In this document: positions 8,350 to 17,452 of the stretch, piece by piece
Position numbering within the stretch: position 1 is the stretch's first letter
Layout of the letters: every line of letters starts with the position of its first letter
Program-made: the position numbers and the translations under genes
Origin: a virus
Taxonomy: Duplodnaviria; Caudoviricetes
Length of the DNA: 34,031 bases
Strand: one strand, 5' to 3'
Virus record (IMG/VR): IMGVR_UViG_3300034116_001151
Span: 1 to 34,031 of that record
Notes under the pieces: model-generated
The model's database searches: none
Told to the model about the DNA's origin: nothing
What the model saw: only the letters and a program-made list of their open reading frames with translations

Positions 8350-10191
8350 ATGCAGAACAACAATATAGATATTAAATACCTTAATAAGAGTTTTGGTTCT
8401 TTCAAAGCCGATTTGATAGAATATGCTAAGTCTTACTATCCTACAAACTACAAAGACTTTAATCAAGCGAGTCCTGGCACCATGTTTATTGAAATGGCTG
8501 CATACGTAGGAGACGTTTTATCTTTCTATTTGGACAATCAATTACAAGAAACTTTTTTACAATACGCAAAACAAAAGAACAACTTATACAGTTTGGCTTA
8601 TATGTTGGGTTATCGTCCAAAAGTAACAAGCGCAGCGATCGTTGATCTTAAAGTATACCAACAAGTTCCATCTAAATTATCAGCAGGAAAATATGTTCCA
8701 GATTTTTCTTACGCATTTTGTGTAGATCAAGGAATGCAAGTAGCTTCTAATATAAACAGTTCTAACGCGTTCTATTGTTCAGATAAGATTGACTTTAGAA
8801 TGTCTTCTTCTTTGGACCCAACAGAAGTTGCTGCATATACATTAGATTCTTCAAACAATCCAACTAGCTTCTTGTTAACTAAAAATACTCAAGCTATATC
8901 TGGTCAAATTAAAACTCAACAGTTTAGTTTTGGTAGTGCAGAAAGATTTGCTACGATTAATTTACAAGATTCTAATATCATTACTATTTTAAACGCCGTG
9001 GATTCTAATGGAAATACATGGTACGAAGTTCCTTATTTGGCTCAAGATTATATTTTGAATCCAGTAGCAAACACTACAATAAACGATGTGAATCAGGTTC
9101 CTTACATGATTCAAAAATTACAGGTTCCTAGAAGATTCACTTCAAGATTTCAAAGTAATGCTATATTACAAATAGAGTTTGGGCCTGGAATTAACTCTGT
9201 AGCAGATAGCGCAGTACTTCCTAATCCCAATCAAGTGAGTGTTGGTAATACTAATGGAGGATTGAGCATGTTATCGAGCTCTTTCGATCCAACTAACTTT
9301 GTTACCACTCAAACTTACGGATTGGCACCAAAAAGCACTACAATTACTTTCACCTATTTAGTTGGAGGCGGCGCTAATAGCAACGTTTTACAGGGCGAAT
9401 TGACAAGACCAGTAGCCAAAACAATTTCAGGAAATACAAGCTTTGCTTACACCTTAGTTACTAATAATGAGACGCCAGCAGCTGGAGGTGGAGACGGTGA
9501 TTCTGTTGAAGAATTAAGATTTAACACACAATTACAATTTCCAAGTCAATTAAGAGCAGTGACTCAAGAAGATTACTTGGCTAGAACTTTATGTATGCCT
9601 GCACAGTTTGGTAAAGTTTCTAAAGCTTATGTAACAAAAGACGATTCAGTATATAGAGATTATCTAGAAAACAATTCTGGCTTAAGAGATCCATTGGCTA
9701 TTAGTTTGTACGTATTAAGTCTGGATGGATCTGGATACTTAAGTGTACCTACGCCTTCGTTATTAAAAAATATTCAAGGCTACATGTCAGAATATAGAAT
9801 GATGACTGATTCTATAAAAATAAAACCTGCTTTTGTTATAAACATAGGTTGCAATTTTGACGTAGTAATTAGACCTAATTTTAATAGTCAAGATGTAGTA
9901 GCTAGAAGTTTAGTTACTTTACAAGACTATTTTAATATAGAACGCTGGCAAATAAATCAACCAATTATTTTAACAGAAGTTTATGGAGTGCTAGATCGAG
10001 TGGAAGGCGTTCAAACTGTTAAAAAAGTAGAAATTGTAAACAAGTACGGCGAATCAAATGGTTATTCAAAATATTCTTACGATATTCAAGCAGGAACTTT
10101 AAACAACGTAATATACCCATCTCTAGATCCATCTATATTTGAATTAAAATATCTAGATTTGGACATTCAAGGTAGGGTCGTAACATTCTAA
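8350..10191 (+). CDS. baseplate wedge subunit, T4 gp6 / baseplate J-like
   Basis: DFNQASPGTMFIEMAAYVGDVLSFYLD, LAYMLGY and GGGDGDSVEELR...RAVTQEDY. Follows gp25. Confidence 0.9.
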   Translation: MQNNNIDIKYLNKSFGSFKADLIEYAKSYYPTNYKDFNQASPGTMFIEMAAYVGDVLSFYLDNQLQETFLQYAKQKNNLYSLAYMLGYRPKVTSAAIVDLKVYQQVPSKLSAGKYVPDFSYAFCVDQGMQVASNINSSNAFYCSDKIDFRMSSSLDPTEVAAYTLDSSNNPTSFLLTKNTQAISGQIKTQQFSFGSAERFATINLQDSNIITILNAVDSNGNTWYEVPYLAQDYILNPVANTTINDVNQVPYMIQKLQVPRRFTSRFQSNAILQIEFGPGINSVADSAVLPNPNQVSVGNTNGGLSMLSSSFDPTNFVTTQTYGLAPKSTTITFTYLVGGGANSNVLQGELTRPVAKTISGNTSFAYTLVTNNETPAAGGGDGDSVEELRFNTQLQFPSQLRAVTQEDYLARTLCMPAQFGKVSKAYVTKDDSVYRDYLENNSGLRDPLAISLYVLSLDGSGYLSVPTPSLLKNIQGYMSEYRMMTDSIKIKPAFVINIGCNFDVVIRPNFNSQDVVARSLVTLQDYFNIERWQINQPIILTEVYGVLDRVEGVQTVKKVEIVNKYGESNGYSKYSYDIQAGTLNNVIYPSLDPSIFELKYLDLDIQGRVVTF

Positions 10192-10202
10192 ACTAAGTAA
10201 AA

Positions 10203-11315
10203 ATGGCAGTATTTAAAATATTTCCCACAGCAGATACAACATTGTATTCTAGATTTCCCAATCAAAATACAGGTTTGGACGAGATCCTAGAAGTCTCTGT
10301 GAAAAATAATCCGGACTCTATTAGTTACTTAGTTGATCCTGATCCTAATTCTGTTATATTAAACGATGATATTAGAAGATCTTTAATACTATTTAGCGAC
10401 GAAGACATTCTTAGAATAGAACCCTTTGCTACTGCATCAGGTTGGAAAACTAATTTAAGATTATATTTGGCAAACGCTGAGAATTTAAACACTACATACA
10501 GCTTACACGTATCTCAAGTGTCTTCCTCTTGGACAATGGGTACCGGTAAATTTTCCGACTATCCTGTAACCATTAATGGAGCTTGTTGGTATAATCCAAA
10601 TCAATATGTTGGTACAACTAATGCGTGGATAGAGAATACTAGTTATTTCCTAACACCCGGTGGAGGAAACACTACTGGTTCTTATACGGTGTCTCAATCA
10701 TTTTCTTATAAAGACGATAAAGATCTTAACGTAGATGTATCAGATATCGTAGTTAACTGGTTTAGCGGTCATAGAAACGCTGGATTTTTGGTAAAGCATC
10801 CTTCTCAAGTAGAGCAGTATTCAGGTAGTTTTATAGCATTAAATTTTTTCTCTGTAGACACTCACACTATTTACCCTCCTACTTTAGAAGTAAAATGGGA
10901 CGATAGTTATTATGCCACTGGAAGTTTAAGCATTATAAACAACAATCAATTTGTGGCTTCGATAGACAATAACCTTGGAACTTTCAAATACGATACTAAA
11001 AAATATCAATTTAGAGTAAACGCTAGAGACAAATATCCAGCTAGAGTTTTTACAACTGCTTCTATTTATAACGTTAATAAGGCGCTTCCTCAAAGTTCTT
11101 ATTGGGCAATTCAAGATGTAAAGAGCGAAGATATGGTAGTAGATTTCGATACTACTTTTACAAAAATAAGTTGCGATGGTCAAAGCAGTTATTTCGATGT
11201 TCATATGGATGGATTAGAACCAGAAAGATACTATAAACTTTTATTGAGAGCTGTTTTACCAACAAGCGAATCGATAGATATAGACAATAACTATATATTC
11301 AAAATAGTTAGATAA
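10203..11315 (+). CDS. virion structural protein with a DNRLRE-like beta-sandwich
   Basis: ADTTLYSRFPNQNTG...RRSLILF...NLRLY...DVSDIVVNW...NAGFLVK...FFSVD...PTLEVKW matches the DNRLRE-type pattern, followed by a beta-rich C-terminal domain. Confidence 0.55.
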   Translation: MAVFKIFPTADTTLYSRFPNQNTGLDEILEVSVKNNPDSISYLVDPDPNSVILNDDIRRSLILFSDEDILRIEPFATASGWKTNLRLYLANAENLNTTYSLHVSQVSSSWTMGTGKFSDYPVTINGACWYNPNQYVGTTNAWIENTSYFLTPGGGNTTGSYTVSQSFSYKDDKDLNVDVSDIVVNWFSGHRNAGFLVKHPSQVEQYSGSFIALNFFSVDTHTIYPPTLEVKWDDSYYATGSLSIINNNQFVASIDNNLGTFKYDTKKYQFRVNARDKYPARVFTTASIYNVNKALPQSSYWAIQDVKSEDMVVDFDTTFTKISCDGQSSYFDVHMDGLEPERYYKLLLRAVLPTSESIDIDNNYIFKIVR

Positions 11316-11650
11316 TGGAAAATGTTCAATTAGTTAAAAAAGTTTATGGAATTAATACCTATTCGAAAGTAATAGACACTTCGTTTAGCGAATTAATAAC
11401 TGCACCTCAAACAGTGAGCGCAAGCACCATGAATGTGGATCAATTTTTTAGAGAATACGACAGACTATTTTTTGATATTCCAGTAACTGGAGTTAATTCT
11501 CATTCTGAATTGGTAGAAAGAAGTCAGCAGTACGTGGGTGGATCGGTAATAGACGCAGAAAAATTAGCATTGATAGAGGAAATTAATTCTCTTCGTCAAC
11601 AGCTATTAGACATAAATCAATCATTTACATCAATAACTAATCTAGTTTAA
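11315..11650 (+). CDS. small baseplate-module protein with a C-terminal coiled coil
   Basis: TAATG-coupled on both sides; contains LIEEINSLRQQLLDIN. Confidence 0.65.
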   Translation: MENVQLVKKVYGINTYSKVIDTSFSELITAPQTVSASTMNVDQFFREYDRLFFDIPVTGVNSHSELVERSQQYVGGSVIDAEKLALIEEINSLRQQLLDINQSFTSITNLV

Positions 11651-14600
11651 TGGAATTAGTACAGGTACAAATAAAAGGATCAGACATACCAAGTCAACAA
11701 TATTCGTCTGTTGATACTTCGTTAATCACCAACAATTACATTAACTCTAATTTTGGTGCCAAGGAAGATTATATAGAATTGTTTATATACGATCAGAACT
11801 CAAATATATTATACTCTGATTACGATGGATTCGATTACTATCCTTATCTTACAACCAATCCTTCTAATAGTTTATACAACACGCTTACTTTAGATCCTGA
11901 AAAGGACGTTATAAATAGAGGATTCAATAGGGGTTCTGTTAACATACAATACAACTTTTTAAAAAAGTTATTTAATTCTCAATACGGTAAAACATATTGG
12001 ATCAAAGAAATTTCACAATCTAGAACTGAGATAAAATTAGCTTCTCAGGTTATTAGCGATTCTGGAATTTTGGAAGGATTTGATGTTTACCAAAACTACA
12101 TATCTACAAAGAATTATTATAGCGATTTCTATTTAAACTTTGGTAGTAATAATTTAGCCATCGGTGTTAATGTTGCTTTTAATGAAGATGCAGAAGGTGC
12201 GTACTTAATTGTTAAACTTTACGAACCTTTAGATTCGGATATCGATGTTAAGACCCAATTATGGATAGTAGATAAGGTTTCAGAGCCCATAAACTATAAT
12301 GTTAACATTCAGGTACCAGCAGAAGATCCTAACGAAAGATTTAAATTAAGAGGACCTAATTACTCTGTTGCTACTAATGTTAAAGTTGGTCAAACAACGC
12401 CTTACTACACTTACCATACTTTATTGACAAGTAATGTAACCTCTTCTTATCAAAAAATGTTGAACTACTACCAAAATAAATCGGTAGATATCAACGTTGA
12501 TTATAGCAATTTTTCTAATTTTGTACATTTTTCTAATGCTTCAGAAAGAGTATTGAATTTTAAATACAAAGTTCAATTAATAGAAAGTTATAATCAAGAT
12601 ATAGCGAACGCAAAGAAATATGCAGTTGTTTCTCCAACAGTTGCCGCGTCATCTTCTTTAGAAGCACAGAAGTCAATAAATAATATAGTAAGCAAATTAG
12701 ATTCTTACGAAACTTTTTTATATTTTCAATCGTCATCTTGGTCTTGGCCTAAATCAAACAATACACAGCCGTATTCTTTATATTCAGTTACGTCTTCTAT
12801 AGTATCAAATTTTTTAGGCAGCGCAGACACTGTTACAACGCCAACTACAGCTTCTTTATTGTACTCGGCTTCTATGTATGATTACTCTAACAAAGACGCG
12901 TTAAGATATTCTGTACCTCAATACATTACAGACGATTCTAATAACGAACCGTATTTGACTTTCTTGGATATGGTGGGCCAACACTTTGATAATATTTGGT
13001 TATACTATAAAGACGTTTCTAATAAGTTCGATGCAACAAATAATCCAAATACTGGTATCTCTTTGGATCTAGTTTCTGAAGCCTTAAGAGGTTTAGGAAT
13101 GCAATTGTATACAAACAGTAGCATCTCTGATAACGTTTACTACAGCTTATTTGGTATTAATCAAGACGGTAGTTTATTGCCTCCTACTGGATCTGAAATG
13201 ATTAAAAACTATGTAACGTCTAGTATCGCTACTTTACCTGGCCAAGAAATACAAGACGAAATATACAAAAGACTTTATCATAATTTACCTTACTTATTAA
13301 AGACTAGAGGTACACAAAGAAGTATCAAGGCTTTAATCGCTTGTTACGGTATACCAGAAACTATTTTATCAGTTAAAGAATTTGGAGGTAACGTTAATAC
13401 TACTTTAGGTGGAGTTTACGATTTAGATTCTACTCCTTATAAAATAACAATAGCAACAGGAAGTTCTGCTTCTGTTACCGGTTCAACTACGATATCTTCT
13501 TCTTTGCTTTCTCCGTTTACTACTTTACAGTACTACGATCCAAATACGAAGCCAAATTCAATAAACATAGAAGTCGGTTTTAGTCCTGCTGATACCATAA
13601 ACAATTATATTTCTGCCTCGGGAGTACTTGTTGGTGGAATAGATCAATACATAGGAAATCCTGGGTACGCAGCATCCTCTTCTTACACAGCATTGGACAC
13701 CCTTAAGAATTCTTATTTCCAAAGTTATAATAAGACCCATAGCGTTTGGGAGTACATTAGACTAATCAAATTTTACAATAACGGTTTATTTAAGGCCATC
13801 AAAGATTTTGTGCCTGCGAGAGCGGATGTGTCGACTGGTATCATTATCAAGTCTCACATGCTTGAAAGAAATAAACAACCAAGATTTGAACCGTCTGCGA
13901 GTTTATACAATAACTTTACGCAGTCTTTGAATCTATTGTCTATCACTGGATCCGCAGCAAATACAATATCAGGATCTACCTCTTGGTCAGGTTACAGAAC
14001 TGGATCGGTTGGATATATTCCTTTTACTAGTTCTCAAGGTGTTGAAAAATTCACAGGAGAGTTTGGTGGTAGCACAATTACCGCAACCACTTTGAATAAC
14101 TTTCAAAAGCAATACGAAATTTCAAAAAATATCAAGGTAGATGCGGGATCATTCGTTACTCAATCTTTGGGAGCTTTATTTCAAAACGTTAGTGGATCAG
14201 TGAAATCAAGAACGTTCTTAGATTTAGACTATAATAGCGATCAATTAAAACCATCAAACTATGGTTTAATTACTCAATCTTTGGCCAATAGAACTGCTAA
14301 TAGCTACATAAACTATTTGGATCCGTACAGTCAATTAGCTCAAGTACAAGATTGGAATTATGCCGCTCAAGTTTATACAATTCCTAGATATTATGGGTCA
14401 AAAACCATTAGCGCTACTTATAATGATTATACTCAAGGAGATACTTCTTATGGTAAAACCGCTGCTATCGATAAAATTAAATATCAATATGCTTATTTGA
14501 TAGATATGTACTCTTCTTCTTTCCAATTGCCCAATAGAGTAAACGCACAAATAAAATACGTTATTGATAATAATCAGAATGTATTAGATTTAACTAAAGC

Positions 14601-15711
14601 AAACAAAAATATATTTACTACCCAAAATGTATTTAAATCAGGAGAGAATGTTAATATTTCGCTTTTTAACTACGATCCAAATAACAATATGGCTCAGTAT
14701 CTTACGAATAATCAAGAAGTAAATCTTTACGAAGGTGGATTTAAATACAGTCCCGTTTTACATAGCACGGATGGAATTAATAATAATAAAATATATTCTT
14801 TAAATACTCCAATAGAGACATTTACCACAACAAGTACTCCTTCTTACACATATTTGACGCCTTCTGATAATGGATATTGGGGATCTGTAGCCGTTCAAAT
14901 GAGTACGTCTCCTGGTATATTGTTACTTAATTTTACCGCTAGCGCAAAAGTAACCCCAGACGCTGCTCAAGATACTTATGTGCAAGTGCTTGTAACAAAT
15001 GTGGCTAGACCGTGGTTGGCGCCTTATGATACATTTACGTATACAAAACAAATTCCTGCTGCTCAATCATCTCCGTACTATTATTCAGTGAATATACCCA
15101 CTTCTCCTTATAACTGGGTAAATGGCGATACTCTCACTGTATCAATATCTCAAGAGTATTTCTATAACTCTGGAGGAGGCTCGGTATCTAGTAGCGCATA
15201 TCAAACATCGGTTACAGATTTAGATAGTAGATTATATGCCGAGGACGCGAGAACAATAAGATTATCCGCCACTCAATCTTTGTACTATAATGCGTTTATA
15301 GAATTAAATACCGCTGCAGGATTAGAGACACCAATATCTAATTTTTCTTTACGTCAAATGGATTTAGTAAGATTGTATAATTCAGCTAGTGGCTGGGGAA
15401 ACTATAACGAATCTGAATATCGTGTAAATAACATATACTCTCAAGTTAGTTCTAGTGTTACTTTTTGGTATTTTACTCTAGATAGGGACCTAAACGCAAA
15501 AGACACAGACGCTCCATACGCTATACCTGGATACATTTCTAAATATATAGCACTAAAAAGATCTCCTGACGAAACTAACTTAATATTAGCATTTTCAGGA
15601 TCTTCGAATATCACCGACGATGGTTTAATATTCCCCAAATATATAGACCCCGTTGTCAGGGAAAATTCTGGTAACGTAGTTAAAGCATTAAAGCAACAAA
15701 ACCTAATTTAA
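11650..15711 (+). CDS. large baseplate wedge protein (gp7 / P2 gpI-like core)
   Basis: 1353 aa. FLDMVGQHFD...YHNLPYLLKTRGTQRSIKALIACYG...IKDFVPARA resembles the gpI/gp7 KGT-type core. S/T/N/Y-rich. Confidence 0.65.
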   Translation: MELVQVQIKGSDIPSQQYSSVDTSLITNNYINSNFGAKEDYIELFIYDQNSNILYSDYDGFDYYPYLTTNPSNSLYNTLTLDPEKDVINRGFNRGSVNIQYNFLKKLFNSQYGKTYWIKEISQSRTEIKLASQVISDSGILEGFDVYQNYISTKNYYSDFYLNFGSNNLAIGVNVAFNEDAEGAYLIVKLYEPLDSDIDVKTQLWIVDKVSEPINYNVNIQVPAEDPNERFKLRGPNYSVATNVKVGQTTPYYTYHTLLTSNVTSSYQKMLNYYQNKSVDINVDYSNFSNFVHFSNASERVLNFKYKVQLIESYNQDIANAKKYAVVSPTVAASSSLEAQKSINNIVSKLDSYETFLYFQSSSWSWPKSNNTQPYSLYSVTSSIVSNFLGSADTVTTPTTASLLYSASMYDYSNKDALRYSVPQYITDDSNNEPYLTFLDMVGQHFDNIWLYYKDVSNKFDATNNPNTGISLDLVSEALRGLGMQLYTNSSISDNVYYSLFGINQDGSLLPPTGSEMIKNYVTSSIATLPGQEIQDEIYKRLYHNLPYLLKTRGTQRSIKALIACYGIPETILSVKEFGGNVNTTLGGVYDLDSTPYKITIATGSSASVTGSTTISSSLLSPFTTLQYYDPNTKPNSINIEVGFSPADTINNYISASGVLVGGIDQYIGNPGYAASSSYTALDTLKNSYFQSYNKTHSVWEYIRLIKFYNNGLFKAIKDFVPARADVSTGIIIKSHMLERNKQPRFEPSASLYNNFTQSLNLLSITGSAANTISGSTSWSGYRTGSVGYIPFTSSQGVEKFTGEFGGSTITATTLNNFQKQYEISKNIKVDAGSFVTQSLGALFQNVSGSVKSRTFLDLDYNSDQLKPSNYGLITQSLANRTANSYINYLDPYSQLAQVQDWNYAAQVYTIPRYYGSKTISATYNDYTQGDTSYGKTAAIDKIKYQYAYLIDMYSSSFQLPNRVNAQIKYVIDNNQNVLDLTKANKNIFTTQNVFKSGENVNISLFNYDPNNNMAQYLTNNQEVNLYEGGFKYSPVLHSTDGINNNKIYSLNTPIETFTTTSTPSYTYLTPSDNGYWGSVAVQMSTSPGILLLNFTASAKVTPDAAQDTYVQVLVTNVARPWLAPYDTFTYTKQIPAAQSSPYYYSVNIPTSPYNWVNGDTLTVSISQEYFYNSGGGSVSSSAYQTSVTDLDSRLYAEDARTIRLSATQSLYYNAFIELNTAAGLETPISNFSLRQMDLVRLYNSASGWGNYNESEYRVNNIYSQVSSSVTFWYFTLDRDLNAKDTDAPYAIPGYISKYIALKRSPDETNLILAFSGSSNITDDGLIFPKYIDPVVRENSGNVVKALKQQNLI

Positions 15712-15713
15712 CA

Positions 15714-15721
15714 ATATTTAT
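15714..15721 (+). promoter_or_regulatory. ATATTTAT motif, candidate late promoter element
   Basis: In the 27-nt intergenic gap, 17 nt before the ATG at 15739. Confidence 0.55.
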
Positions 15722-15738
15722 TTTTAAAGCCAAATTAT

Positions 15739-16398
15739 ATGTCTTATTTAAGTAGTACATCAGTCGTAGTAGACGCCATCCTTACAAAAAAGGGCCGAGA
15801 GTTATTGGCCAGAAACGATGGTTCTTTCAGAATTACACAATTTTCTTTGTCAGATGACGAGGTAGATTATACCCTATACAACCCAAACCACCCTTCTGGA
15901 TCTGCTTTCTACGGTGAAGCCATAGAAAATATGCCAGTTCTTCAGGCTTTCCCTGACGATACCGAAATCATGAAGTATAAATTGGTAACTCTTCCTAGAG
16001 GTACAGCTAAGTTACCAGTGTTAAACGTTGGTTATAACAATATTAGTCTTCGTCAAGGAGCTTCTATTTCTATTACTCCTCAAACATTGAATTACTTGGG
16101 AGCTAATAGTACTTACGAGCAATCAGGATACGTTGTTACTATCGGAGACGTTAGAACAACAAGCAACTTTGTTGGAGTTGGAATTAACACCGCAGAGGTT
16201 GCTTCTTTAAACGCTACTACTACAATCGGTACAACGGTAAGTAAAACAGTTATTGGTACAACAATCAATATAACAGCCACATCGGTTAACACTTTATTCG
16301 GCGGAAATTCTCAATTACAAACAACATTGATAGTAACAGGCCGTGACTCAGGCGCAAGAATTAGTGTTCCAGTAACAATCATTAAAACAAATTTATAA
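15739..16398 (+). CDS. baseplate/tail-collar-like structural protein
   Basis: DAILTKKGRELLA...FRITQFSLSD resembles the N-terminus of tail-fibre attachment (P2 gpH N-terminal/DUF3751-like) domains, with a beta-rich C-terminus. Confidence 0.55.
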   Translation: MSYLSSTSVVVDAILTKKGRELLARNDGSFRITQFSLSDDEVDYTLYNPNHPSGSAFYGEAIENMPVLQAFPDDTEIMKYKLVTLPRGTAKLPVLNVGYNNISLRQGASISITPQTLNYLGANSTYEQSGYVVTIGDVRTTSNFVGVGINTAEVASLNATTTIGTTVSKTVIGTTINITATSVNTLFGGNSQLQTTLIVTGRDSGARISVPVTIIKTNL

Positions 16399-16408
16399 TA
16401 GTTAACAT

Positions 16409-17446
16409 ATGTCTTTTACACCAATTGCCTCATCAGATTTTGTAGTATCTTCGGATTCTGTAACGGCTCCAGCTTGGAGTACGAATGCTCAGACTCTGAC
16501 CTCCTTTTTTACTGCATCGGCTAACTTAACAAGCAGCTATTATTTGGATGTATATAATACTACTTATAATGCGTCTAACGCAGCTGTTCAATTCTCAGTT
16601 GCTTACGGTCACATATACGGTTCAGGTTCAGCACCATTAAATACTTTAGTGCCTCAAAATACTCCAAGTAGAATTACTTTTGGTCAATATAGAAACCTAA
16701 TATACGGAGACGCTACTGCTAACGTAAATTTTGGGACTGGCAATACTTCTTCTTTAGATCTTATTGCAATTCCTATTGATAGAAATAGATACAAAGGCAA
16801 TTTATTTCCTGGTACTTTTAACTTGAGTTTGAAATACGGATCATACGCTCAAACTTTATTCTTAACAAACAACTACAACGACGTATCTACTGTAACCTAT
16901 CTAGATTGCGGTAGAGCTTACAATATTATTTCTGGTTCTAACGGCACTGCTGTAAATAGTCCGCTATTAACAGGAGCACCAGCAAAAGGATATACAGCTT
17001 CAGGATCTTACGGTCTTTTCTTACCAGATATTGGTTTGATCTTATTGAATCCTAAAGCTTTAAGTTTACCTACAGCTGGTGGTGGTTTGGCAATTCCTTT
17101 CACTACTTCAACAGCAGCTTCAAGCGGTTGGGTTAATCAAGATTTAATTTATCAAACAATTAATTCAGGAAGCTCTTTTACATTAAATTCAGAAGAAACA
17201 ATATCTTCGGATTATGTGTTTGTAAGAGTTAAGAACGCAGAATACAATTACACTTCGAATCCATCAATGATAGATGTTTCTGGTAGTTTTATATATCCTA
17301 ACTTTGTTAACAGTCCTCAGACTTATATGACAACAGTTGGTTTGTATAATACCAATAACGAACTTTTGGCTGTGGCAAAAATGTCTAAGCCACTTGTTAA
17401 GGACTTTACAAAGGAATCATTAGTTAGAGTAAAATTAGACTGGTAG
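16409..17446 (+). CDS. baseplate/tail-collar-like structural protein
   Basis: C-terminal TTVGLYNTNNELLAVAKMSKPLVK resembles the GL(Y/F)...L.AVA..P..K end of tail-fibre attachment domains. Clear paralog of 30400..30711. Confidence 0.6.
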   Translation: MSFTPIASSDFVVSSDSVTAPAWSTNAQTLTSFFTASANLTSSYYLDVYNTTYNASNAAVQFSVAYGHIYGSGSAPLNTLVPQNTPSRITFGQYRNLIYGDATANVNFGTGNTSSLDLIAIPIDRNRYKGNLFPGTFNLSLKYGSYAQTLFLTNNYNDVSTVTYLDCGRAYNIISGSNGTAVNSPLLTGAPAKGYTASGSYGLFLPDIGLILLNPKALSLPTAGGGLAIPFTTSTAASSGWVNQDLIYQTINSGSSFTLNSEETISSDYVFVRVKNAEYNYTSNPSMIDVSGSFIYPNFVNSPQTYMTTVGLYNTNNELLAVAKMSKPLVKDFTKESLVRVKLDW

Positions 17447-17452
17447 TAATAA

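Noticed and set aside
4090-17446. Bacterial T6SS, eCIS or tailocin locus, or a giant eukaryotic virus
   Set aside because: Baseplate genes co-occur with a phage-type primase, SbcD-like nuclease, sigma-like factor, Seg-like nuclease and operonic TAATG coupling, which fits a tailed phage.
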